The notes beneath the pieces are model-generated. The model made no database searches. It had not been told where the DNA came from and worked only from the letters and a program-made list of their open reading frames with translations. Position numbers and translations under genes: made by a program. This document shows, one piece after another, positions 32,533-41,155 of a stretch of DNA of 64,000 nucleotides. The stretch covers positions 32,001 through 96,000 of the IMG/VR virus record IMGVR_UViG_3300045988_059940; one strand, 5' to 3'. The stretch's first letter is position 1, and the number at the start of each line of letters is the position of its first letter. The stretch is from a virus.

Positions 32533-33088
32533 CAAAATCAAAGTATTTTTTACATCTGATTTACACTTTAACCACAAAAATATAATTACATTTTGCGGTA
32601 GACCATATACCAACGTAGAGGAAATGAATGCTGCTTTAATTAGCAATTGGAATACAGTTGTACCAGAAGATGGTGTAGTATTTGTATTAGGAGATATAGG
32701 GTTTTGTTCAGTTACGGTTTTAAAAGAGTTGTTCAACAAGATGAACGGAACTAAGTATCTTATTCTCGGCAACCATGATTATTCTATGCAAACACAACTT
32801 GAAAAAGCTGGAATATTTAAAGAAATATATAATCTCAAACAGATTAAGGTTGATACACAAAATATAGTTCTTTGCCACTATCCAATGTTATGTTTTAATG
32901 GAGACCATTATGGTGCATGGCAGTTATTTGGGCACATACACAGTGGTCCAGGGATAATAACAAATGATACCATAAAAGCACAAACATTGCGTCCAACACA
33001 ATATGATGTAGGTGTAGATAATAATAACTATACACCAATTAGTTTTGAGCAATTACAAACAATAATAACCAATAAAAGTAGAGTATGA
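32519..33088 (+). CDS. calcineurin-like metallophosphoesterase
   Basis: The motifs SDLHFNH, GDIGF, GNHD and GHIH appear in the canonical order. Confidence 0.85.
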   Translation: MEKFDKIKVFFTSDLHFNHKNIITFCGRPYTNVEEMNAALISNWNTVVPEDGVVFVLGDIGFCSVTVLKELFNKMNGTKYLILGNHDYSMQTQLEKAGIFKEIYNLKQIKVDTQNIVLCHYPMLCFNGDHYGAWQLFGHIHSGPGIITNDTIKAQTLRPTQYDVGVDNNNYTPISFEQLQTIITNKSRV

Positions 33089-33885
33089 ATTTAGTACATA
33101 GTTCAGTAAAAATTATACAACAAAAGCCTGGTTTACAAGGTGTGTACGAACAGATAGAAAAGGCTGGTAGGTTAGCGTATAAATCAGAAGATAATATCAC
33201 ATACGACATATATGGAAATAGTACCAGTGCTGAGAAGTTTGTAGAAAAACTAATACAGTTAGGCCATATGTCACCACTAGAACACGGTACAGTCTATCTA
33301 CATTTACCAAAAGGTGTTGGTGCAGATTCATACCAATTAAGTCCATTTTGTACATGCTATATTTCAGAAGATAGTGGATGGTACATTACTACAAACTACC
33401 GCTTTATGTATGAAGCAGAATTATTGCAAGACTTAAAGTACATATGTGAACCAACAGATAGTCATGAACGTAGAATTACAGCTGATTTCATATGTGATAG
33501 AGGTATATCACACGAATTTGTAAGACACAGAGTATTCTCATTCTTAATGGAAAGCTAGCGTTATTGTAACTATACAAAAAGTAAATTTAACAATATTATC
33601 ACATTTGTAATGCCCTATTGGTATACAGAAGAAACACCAAAAGAAGCTAGATTACTCTTTGATAAACAACTACTAGATGCCGAAAAGGCATATCTTACAA
33701 TGATAAACGACTATAAGTTGAAACCAGAAGAGGCTCGTGTAATCCTCCCAAATGCTACAAAAACAGAGCTACTAATGACTGGTACAGAGTCTCAATGGTA
33801 TGAGTTTTTTAGACTAAGGTGTGCTAAATCAGCTCATCCAGATGCCCAAAAATTAGCTAATAAATTAAAGGAGATTATATTATGA
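33085..33885 (+). CDS. thyX: flavin-dependent thymidylate synthase ThyX with an in-frame TAG at 33556-33558
   Basis: ORFs 33085-33558 and 33610-33885 are in the same frame. The sequence GHMSPLEHG...RHRVFSFLMES-TAG-RYCNY carries the RHR..S....S.RY ThyX signature, and the C-terminal part VILPNATKT...FFRLRC...AHPDAQ also fits ThyX. Confidence 0.85.
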
Positions 33886-34145
33886 TTAAATCTATTATAA
33901 ATAAAATTACACCAAAGTGGACGAAAGAAAGTAACCGCCCAAAGCACGTATATGCTGGTATTTTAACAGCCACATTCGGTACAATACTGTGTACATTTGG
34001 CGCTGCATTAGCTGCTGAATATAAAGATAAACAGTATGGGAATAAGTTTGATTGGCTAGATTGGGCTGCTACAATGATTGGAGGAGTCATAGGTCAAGCG
34101 TTCCAAATTGGAACAATAGCTCTAATAAGTTCAATTGTACGATAA
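33882..34145 (+). CDS. small membrane protein
   Basis: 87 aa with hydrophobic segments. Confidence 0.5.
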   Translation: MIKSIINKITPKWTKESNRPKHVYAGILTATFGTILCTFGAALAAEYKDKQYGNKFDWLDWAATMIGGVIGQAFQIGTIALISSIVR

Positions 34146-34390
34146 TGAAAGCAGGAGAGATAATTAAATCCATCCTAGTATCTACTAAGGGGAGCATAAG
34201 CAGTAAACGTGTATGTGGGGTATTAGGATGGTTTATCTGCGTAGGAGTAATGGTATATTGTACAATCGTAGATAAACAAGCACCTATTGTAGTAGACAGT
34301 GTACTATTAGGTTCAGCAGCAATGTTGGGTGTAGATAGTATTACAGGTATATGGTCTAATAAAGATAAAAAAGATGATGGAAAAGCATGA
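34145..34390 (+). CDS. small membrane protein
   Basis: ATG at 34145 overlaps the upstream TAA. The hydrophobic core is VCGVLGWFICVGVMVYC. Confidence 0.5.
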   Translation: MKAGEIIKSILVSTKGSISSKRVCGVLGWFICVGVMVYCTIVDKQAPIVVDSVLLGSAAMLGVDSITGIWSNKDKKDDGKA

Positions 34391-34580
34391 TAACTGGGCA
34401 GGAGTAACTCATAGAAGTAAGATAGATGGTAAGTTCTATACAACAGTATTTCATAATAACAGTGTAGCTGGAATGATTCCACATGAAGTGTATGAACGTA
34501 TAGCTGACACATTCGATAAGTGTGATTATCCAACTATAATGCAAATACTAGACCAAAATAAAGTAGATTTCTGGCCATGA
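34374..34580 (+). CDS. hypothetical protein
   Basis: A 68-aa ORF. Confidence 0.45.
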   Translation: MMEKHDNWAGVTHRSKIDGKFYTTVFHNNSVAGMIPHEVYERIADTFDKCDYPTIMQILDQNKVDFWP

Positions 34581-35023
34581 TTGATATTGATGACATACAA
34601 AAGACACGTGAATACTACAAATTATATGTAGCAACAAGACTGCTTGATAAAAATCCAAGTAATATCGCATCAAGAATAATTCCAAAGAAACCAAATCCGT
34701 CGATTAGAGAAGTTTATTATGATTTAGTGTGGAAAACATTTTTTGGAAAAGAATAGGTTACAAAACAAGAGATGGAAAACTTATTGTCAATACAATGGGA
34801 AACACGTAAATACATTGAAGAAAGAGATATGTTAATAAACGCTATGCAATTCTATTGTAAAGACCCATGTAATATGACTAATACAGAATTTATAAAATTT
34901 ATAAGTCCATATGAAACAGACGATACAAGCAAAGAAATCAAGAAAGCAGCGAAACAGCTCTCGGACTGGTACAAAGAAGAAGTATACACAAAAGAATACC
35001 AAAAGAATCGTGGACAAAGATGA
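34577..35023 (+). CDS. paralog 1 of a three-member tandem family (in-frame TAG at 34754)
   Basis: ATG at 34577 overlaps the upstream stop as ATGA. The 59-aa fragment and ORF 34772-35023 are in the same frame. The shared core is ..LINAMQFYCKDP.NMT..EF..FI.PY.TD.TSKEIK....LS.WYK. Confidence 0.6.
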
Positions 35024-35116
35024 TAATTTTGTATATATGGGTAATGGATTGTTGGCACAAATATATGCCATGAAGCCTGTTATAGTTAAAAGTAAAGACG
35101 GAGAGGAGATTAGAAT

Positions 35117-35563
35117 ATGGGTGTAAAACCATCAGCAAGTTTAGAGGATATTCGACAAGCAGCGGGTCTATATCAACAATATGTCGAGCAAATGAAACAA
35201 ATAGATATGCGTCCAAAGAACATAGCACTTAGTGTAATACCAACAAGGCCAAGTGTAAAGAAAAGGAAAGAGCTATTTAAATTGCAGAAAAAGCTATTTA
35301 AAGGTCAAGAATTGACACAAGAAGAGCATTGTAAATTTACAGTATACACTGATGAATTACAAACTTATGCTAGACAAAAAGCTGCACTAATTAATTCAAT
35401 GGAGTTTTACTGTAATGACCCATATCACATGACTGAGGCGGAGTACTTACGATTTATAGGTCCATATACAACAGATGGAACATCAAAAGAAATTAAGAGT
35501 GAAGCAAGACGTCTTTCCAAGTGGTATAAAAAGATAATGACACCACCAAATATGAAAAAATAA
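35117..35563 (+). CDS. paralog 2 of the tandem family (no TAG)
   Basis: LINSMEFYCNDPYHMTEAEYLRFIGPYTTDGTSKEIKSEARRLSKWYKK. Confidence 0.6.
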   Translation: MGVKPSASLEDIRQAAGLYQQYVEQMKQIDMRPKNIALSVIPTRPSVKKRKELFKLQKKLFKGQELTQEEHCKFTVYTDELQTYARQKAALINSMEFYCNDPYHMTEAEYLRFIGPYTTDGTSKEIKSEARRLSKWYKKIMTPPNMKK

Positions 35564-35573
35564 AAGTTGCGAT

Positions 35574-36005
35574 ATGGATACGAAGTCACAAATTGGTTTA
35601 TAGGATGAATTACGTGCATTTGGTCTATGTGATGGTTATATAGAGCAACAAAATAAATACAACTTACCAATAATTCCAAAAAGACCAAGTAAAGAGTTAG
35701 AAAAAGAATGTATAAAGTTGCTAGAAAAATCATATGAAAAAGATGGTCTTTCACAACAAGAACACAATAGACTAATTGTATGTATGGCTAAGTGGCAATC
35801 CTATCAAACACAAAAAAGAACATTAATTCATGCGTTGGAGTATTTTTGCAAAGACCCACATCATATAACAGCAGAAGAATATTTGTGGTGTATTAGAATA
35901 ACAGAAGATAATATAACAATGTCTAAATTACAAGAATATGCAGACCAACTATCTTCTTGGTATACAGAAGTTACGACACCATTAGCACAAAGATTAAGCA
36001 ATTAA
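35574..36005 (+). CDS. paralog 3 of the tandem family (in-frame TAG at 35601)
   Basis: ATG at 35574. The translation MDTKSQIGL-TAG-DELRAFGL... is in the same frame as ORF 35718-36005. The core is LIHALEYFCKDPHHITAEEYL. Confidence 0.55.
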
Positions 36006-36111
36006 AAACAAGATAATGCCAACTATCAGTAAAATGCCGTTTTAGAGATTTGTCATTAAAACAAATACATTATAGGTACAATATATAATATTCTATCGAG
36101 ATGAAACATGT

Positions 36112-36294
36112 TTGATATATGGAGATATTGTAAATGACATTAAAATCCCAAAAGAACATTATGACCAAATGTTACAGTTCGTTCGTCGTAGATGGGGCGA
36201 AGACTATACTCCAAATGTAAGAAGATATACAATGGACGACGCATTAAAAAAGATGCGAGAAATGTCCAATAGATTTGTGATAGTCCCTGGTTGA
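36112..36294 (+). CDS. hypothetical protein
   Basis: A 60-aa ORF. Confidence 0.35.
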   Translation: MIYGDIVNDIKIPKEHYDQMLQFVRRRWGEDYTPNVRRYTMDDALKKMREMSNRFVIVPG

Positions 36295-36601
36295 TTAAGT
36301 TCAACTGGGGATTTTTATTTTTAAAATTTTTTATTTTAAAATTGTTTTGTGAATGTAAAAATAAGTAATAAAATTTTACTATAAATGTGAAAACGAAGAA
36401 TATTTTATAAAATTGTTACGTGTACAAAAACAAGGAATAAATTTTTGTTATGTGTATAAAAATCAGAAATAGCAATAAATCTGACCCCTGTATCGACTAT
36501 CGGATGGAAACACCCCCACATGTTCCAACCCACACACATTATTATATGTGGCGTGCGTATTGTGGGTATAACTTACATTACACTAACAAAACTTACACAA
36601 C

Positions 36602-37147
36602 ATGGCACAACTTATCTCAATTATCCAGGACGAAGCCACATACAAGGCTTCAAACACATCAATTGTTACCTGTGTTTTCAGTCCTACGACTGAAAAAACT
36701 GGAACACTGGCTACTATGTTAGCAAAAGGGGCTTTCGGCTCTGCTAACTCCTACACTCTTTCGTTTGATTTGTCGCGCATCTTCCCCGAAATGGTCGGGG
36801 AGAATGGAAAGTTTAAGCGCATGGCCGCTTACAAAGAATTTCTAGGCATTATGCCTATTGGCATTAATATCCCAGAAGTACAATGTTTTGACATTCCCGT
36901 GTCTGAAATTAGCGAATACGAGGGTGTACAATTTGAAAGAGATGGCGAAACACGCACCATCAAAACCTATCATCTTGCCGTTATGGGCGATAGGGATGCA
37001 GCCGTACAGCTTGCAAAGTCGGGTTTACAGAACGGTATTACAAAGGGTCGCTTAACTCCAATTGATGGAAGTGAAACTACTGTGAAAAATGGTAACATTT
37101 CACAAACCGCACCCGTTGACAACGAAGACGAGGAAGACGAGGAATAA
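36602..37147 (+). CDS. hypothetical protein with an acidic C-terminal tail (DNEDEEDEE)
   Basis: 181 aa and visibly GC-richer than its neighbours. It is preceded by a 300-nt AT-rich leader and followed by a strong terminator. Confidence 0.6.
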   Translation: MAQLISIIQDEATYKASNTSIVTCVFSPTTEKTGTLATMLAKGAFGSANSYTLSFDLSRIFPEMVGENGKFKRMAAYKEFLGIMPIGINIPEVQCFDIPVSEISEYEGVQFERDGETRTIKTYHLAVMGDRDAAVQLAKSGLQNGITKGRLTPIDGSETTVKNGNISQTAPVDNEDEEDEE

Positions 37148-37175
37148 GCCGTATTTAATATATGGCTAAACAACA

Positions 37176-37209
37176 AAACAGACCGCTGAAAGGCGGTTTG
37201 TTTTTTGGA
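37176..37209 (+). terminator. rho-independent terminator
   Basis: ACAGACCGC-TGAAAG-GCGGTTTGTTTTTT. Confidence 0.75.
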
Positions 37210-37569
37210 GCATTTAAACATGCTCTCATAAATAGAAACTTTCCAAGTAATTGGTTATAATACTCGGTACAGGGAGGATTATATAAAAGTACGCAGAAGC
37301 CTAAGGGAAACTATGGTGAGTGGTCTGTACAACACTAGACATCTTTTACAAAACATCGTATTCGTAAAAGAGAGCCTGAAAAGGTATCCTGGTACATCCT
37401 GGTTTAATATTAACATTAAAGCAGTAGATAGTATTCCGAGAAGAGACAGGATTTAAACGGCGGATGAGTTTTCTAGTGGCGTGTGAACTCACACATACAA
37501 CAAAGAGGAACTCTGCACATAAAAGCAGACATATACCTGTGAATAGTTCTTAGTAAGAATTGTGTAAAG

Positions 37570-37971
37570 TTGGGGTATTTTAATATTTCTATGAAAAATT
37601 CAGTAGAAATAGTATCCTTCAATTGTAAATACTGGTTAGAGCGTTATATCAAACGCACATATACAGAGATTTACAAACAAATTAACGATAAATATGGCGA
37701 TAACGCCGTACGTTGGGCAGAAGTTACAATCTATAATAACTATGTTTATCTTATCGTTAGTTTTACATCAGAAGCCGAATATAAGTTTGGTAACGAAGGT
37801 ATTCAAGATTTATTTGGTAAAGCCATTAGAGGTGAATATAGAAAGACTTTTAATAAAGACACTCTGTACTTTACTAACGCATTAGGGATGATGTGTTATG
37901 TATTCTACGGCGCTTCTATGGAAAAAATTATCAAATCTTGTGATGCCGATGGTAATTATCATCTGATGTAA
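37570..37971 (+). CDS. hypothetical protein
   Basis: A 133-aa ORF flanked on both sides by ORF-free structured sequence. The track uses a non-ATG start, so the start is uncertain. Confidence 0.45.
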   Translation: MGYFNISMKNSVEIVSFNCKYWLERYIKRTYTEIYKQINDKYGDNAVRWAEVTIYNNYVYLIVSFTSEAEYKFGNEGIQDLFGKAIRGEYRKTFNKDTLYFTNALGMMCYVFYGASMEKIIKSCDADGNYHLM

Positions 37972-38358
37972 GGGATTTTGCATCTCCTCAGTAAGGAGAA
38001 TGTAATCTGAGGTAGCGTAACACCTTGGGAACACCAAGTTACGCAGTAGGCAGGCTTATCTGCATTGAACATTTACAGCAGTGGTTCGCTTAGCGTTTGG
38101 GCACACAACAAAGGTTGCCACACTGCTGCTCTTTTAAACATAGTTAATGTATGAGTAACGCCACTTAGGTCTGACCCTCTGAATTAACTATCATTAACCG
38201 TACTTTAATCTTGCATCTTTTCAATGCCGATAATTATGTACGGTTCTACCTCGTTCGGATTGACGAGTATAAATAATCAACGCGTGGCTTTTGAGAGTGT
38301 TTCACACGGAAAACTGAAACCTAATTATATTTAACGATAAAACTTAAAACCGTTATAT

Positions 38359-38709
38359 ATGAAAAGATTTATCAAAAGTCTCATATTGCTCCTCATTGGG
38401 GCAGTACTTGGCATCATTACACACATAGTAGTGATGTCGTCATGGGGTTATAAAATGCTTACCCCATTAGAAATGGCGAACTTTAACACTCTTCCTTATA
38501 AAGTAGAGGCGTTGAAAGCCTACAATGCCTACTATAACGCAGTAGAAAATCTGCTAGACTCCACAAATCTAGCCGAAGATGATACTATGTTAGAAACCGA
38601 CGCGGGTTCAAACTATTTGAACAAAAAATGGCGCGTTGATTCTCTAACCAATCTTGAAAAAGATGAGCTAGCTCCTTATAAACCTATAAAACAGTGTTTC
38701 AATGAATAA
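38359..38709 (+). CDS. membrane-anchored hypothetical protein
   Basis: The N-terminal TM segment is LILLLIGAVLGIITHIVVM. Confidence 0.5.
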   Translation: MKRFIKSLILLLIGAVLGIITHIVVMSSWGYKMLTPLEMANFNTLPYKVEALKAYNAYYNAVENLLDSTNLAEDDTMLETDAGSNYLNKKWRVDSLTNLEKDELAPYKPIKQCFNE

Positions 38710-38944
38710 GAAATACTATGTTGTATGTAACAGTTTCTTTGGAGTCCCAAAAAACAAATATACCACATACATTATTACACAAAATAACTGTATAACATTT
38801 GCAGTAGCAATGTTAAATAGAAGTGGTATATGGTATGAGAAAGGTACACTTAAAACAACAGCAGATGATGATTGGAACTATATATCTCTACATAAAAATA
38901 AAGTAGAAATTACCAAGGAACAATGGCTAAGAATATTTAAATAA
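38702..38944 (+). CDS. hypothetical protein
   Basis: An 80-aa ORF overlapping the upstream gene. Confidence 0.45.
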   Translation: MNKKYYVVCNSFFGVPKNKYTTYIITQNNCITFAVAMLNRSGIWYEKGTLKTTADDDWNYISLHKNKVEITKEQWLRIFK

Positions 38945-39001
38945 GGATTTATTTTTACCATATAAAATTTGAAAGATTGGAGACAGATATTAAAAACCTT
39001 A

Positions 39002-39034
39002 ATACCACGATTCGTGAGAACCGTGGTATTTTTA
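39002..39034 (+). terminator. rho-independent terminator
   Basis: ATACCACG-12 nt-CGTGGTAT followed by TTTTT. Confidence 0.7.
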
Positions 39035-39042
39035 AAGCATTA

Positions 39043-39225
39043 CCTAATCCAGCCACACCACAGTGACAGTCCTAAGCCTGTTAAATGGAGAAGGGGTAAT
39101 TGTAAACAACTCTAAATTGAATATGGGTAATGAGCCTACGCCCCGTTTAGATAGTTTACAGCTCACCTAACGAGCAGCTCACTCAAAGTATATGTGGAAT
39201 ACTGAGAGTAAAAGAGGCGGCCGAT
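39043..39225 (+). repeat. copy 1 of a roughly 180-nt duplicated non-coding element
   Basis: It shares three ordered blocks with 39603-39770: TAATCCAGCCA..., GTCCTAAGCCTG...GGAGAAGGGGTAA, and ...TGTGGAATACTGAGAGTAAAAG. Confidence 0.55.
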
Positions 39226-39349
39226 AACCAAATCCGAGTTTATATATTTAGAAAAGCTTTATCAGCAAAACGAACATTATTGTGCACAATAATGTTTATG
39301 TGTAGTTTAGTCCAACAATATGTTTCTGCTCTGGAAGTTTTTACACATT

Positions 39350-39422
39350 TCTCCCTTAGCTCAATCTAGTCAGAGCATCATAGGTATTATGAAAGATTCT
39401 GGTGCAAATCCAGAAGGGAGAA
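39350..39422 (+). ncRNA. tRNA-like element (73 nt) with a non-canonical anticodon loop
   Basis: The acceptor is UCUCCCU/AGGGAGA, the D arm is GCUC/GAGC and the T arm is UCUGG-UGCAAAU-CCAGA. The anticodon arm UCAUA-GGUAU-UAUGA has only a 5-nt loop, or a 7-nt loop AGGUAUU lacking U33. Confidence 0.45.
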
Positions 39423-39463
39423 CGAACGACGTTTTTAAATTTTGCATAAGAAAAAGGATTATG

Positions 39464-39595
39464 TTTCGCTAAGTAACCTGTGAAGGCGAAAGAAATAGGA
39501 ATTGATACGAAATTTCGCTGAGTAATCTGCAAAGATGAAAAGATTACGGAATTTGGAAAGCGTAAATCTGTGAAGACAAGCGCTTTTGTTTTTAC
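39464..39595 (+). ncRNA. three tandem hairpins with a conserved loop sequence plus a terminator-like end (candidate small RNA)
   Basis: The three hairpins are TTTCGC-TAAGTAACCTGTGAAG-GCGAAA, TTTCGCTGAGTAATCTGCAAAG... and AAGCG-TAAATCTGTGAAGACA-AGCGCTTTTGTTTTT. Confidence 0.45.
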
Positions 39596-39602
39596 GTTTA
39601 TC

Positions 39603-39770
39603 TTAATCTAGCCAGTCCCAATGTCGGTCCTAAGCCCGAAATGCGTTCATTACGTATAATAGAGAAGGGGGTAAACGCACACCAAAAATGGCGTAATTAA
39701 CCAAGGTGTGTCTCTCAGTCCAGACGTAAGAGAGTAATCCGCTCATAGTGGGAATATGAGTGAAAAAATA
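39603..39770 (+). repeat. copy 2 of the duplicated non-coding element
   Basis: The blocks TAATCTAGCCA..., GTCCTAAGCCCG...AGAGAAGGGGGTAA and ...AGTGGGAATATGAGTGAAAAAA occur in the same order as in copy 1. Confidence 0.55.
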
Positions 39771-39908
39771 CAATTAAGTAAGTAGTTGTAGAAAGAATTA
39801 AAATAAGTGCTTACTCACAAAACCGAAAATAATGTGTTTGGGTTTATCGTAGCGCGCAAAGAAGCGGATTTCAGAACACATAATCGTCATAGGTATTATG
39901 ACAATCTT

Positions 39909-40001
39909 TCTCTCTTAGTTTAAATAATAAAACATCTATAAGATAGGAAATATTGAAACACCTATTAATAGAAGATATTGGCGTAAATCCAATAGAGAGA
40001 A
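39909..40001 (+). ncRNA. tRNA-like element with an expanded anticodon region (93 nt)
   Basis: The acceptor is UCUCUCU/AGAGAGA, the D arm is GUUU/AAAC and the T arm is AUUGG-CGUAAAU-CCAAU. About 40 nt lie where the 17-nt anticodon arm should be. It is preceded at 39886-39903 by the hairpin GTCATAGGTATTATGAC, the same hairpin that forms the anticodon arm of 39350-39422. Confidence 0.4.
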
Positions 40002-40510
40002 CTATTTTATTCAAATATAGCAGTAACTATTATACCAAAAACTTAATAACTTTCCAAGTCATTGAGGACACCAGTTTCTTACACCCAGTAAGTTTTAGGT
40101 GTAAAATGCAATTCAAGACACTAATCACGTCTAGAATCCATCTTTGTTTGAATTGATTACTCAAACGGAGAAATACCCGTAAAACGGAGCTCAACTACAA
40201 AATACGCTCGTAGTTGCTGAGTATAGGTAGAATTGTGTTTAGTAATTGAGTACGAGGATACGAAGTTACGTGACACTCTGGAAAGACAGAGAGTATGCTT
40301 AATTGCGCAAGTAAGTATACTAGCACTATCGTATAACATATAGATTACGCTCCGTGCTGTCGGAGAAATGTAGGCTTATTACCTACTAGTGCACTAATTG
40401 TTGTCAGCCCCTGTGTGAATAATAGTAACACTTATAGGAACTGTCTGGTGTGGTCACGAAAGTGGCAATTTAATCATAGCTTAATTAAATCCTGCTATGG
40501 GGTAAATATT

Positions 40511-40966
40511 ATGGCAATTAAATGTTTTAAACATGAAAACAATTCTAAGGCTTACATTGACAGTAAACACATCTGCTATGTAAGAGAATGGTCAGACGGA
40601 GAAACAGAAATAGCCACAGTAGATGGAGGTTCAACCTATGTGAAACAAAGTGTAGAGTCTGTTGTAAGTTGGTGGAAGAAACAACAAGAAACGGACGTAA
40701 AAGAGCCTAAGTTCAAAGAGGTTGACGATGTTTATACAATTAGCTTGGCTAACATAAACAATAGAAGGTATCACGTTGTGGAGGCGCTCAAAGAAGTGCT
40801 TAACTTTCACTTAGATGAAAAAAGAAGTTTAGGTGAAAGCAGCAGACTAACCGTACTTATAACAAGAAACAAAGTAGAAGCTATGGAGGTATGGGCAAAA
40901 CTAAAAGCAAGATTGTTCTGTGTCGGTGTCAATGTAATTCTTGAAATAGATTCAGTAAGAGAATAG
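40511..40966 (+). CDS. protein with a ribosomal protein L7/L12 C-terminal-domain-like region (weaker copy)
   Basis: VYTISLANINNRRYHVVEALKEVLNFHLDEKRSL...NKVEAMEVWAKLKA...VNVILE follows the bL12 CTD pattern. The likely start is MAIKCFKHEN at 40511. The gene ends in TAG, with a TAA 5 codons later. Confidence 0.45.
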   Translation: MAIKCFKHENNSKAYIDSKHICYVREWSDGETEIATVDGGSTYVKQSVESVVSWWKKQQETDVKEPKFKEVDDVYTISLANINNRRYHVVEALKEVLNFHLDEKRSLGESSRLTVLITRNKVEAMEVWAKLKARLFCVGVNVILEIDSVRE

Positions 40967-41155
40967 ACAACAAGATGGTAAAGTTACGGCTCCTAAAAGA
41001 TTGTAAGATTGTTATATCTGACAATACTTTAAAAGTATTTAAAGACAATAATAATTTTACAGTAGAAATGCAAGCAAAAAAATATTGCAATTGCAGAATA
41101 CGATAGTTTTGTTGATATTTTATCTAATCTTCCCGTCGAAAAGAAAACTAGCGAA

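Noticed and set aside
41033-41155. An N-terminal extension of the second L12-like protein. The frame is open back to 41033 across a TAG at 41063.
   Set aside because: There is no ATG in that frame. The extension is AT-rich and low-complexity. The start is left at the TTG at 41156 and flagged as uncertain.
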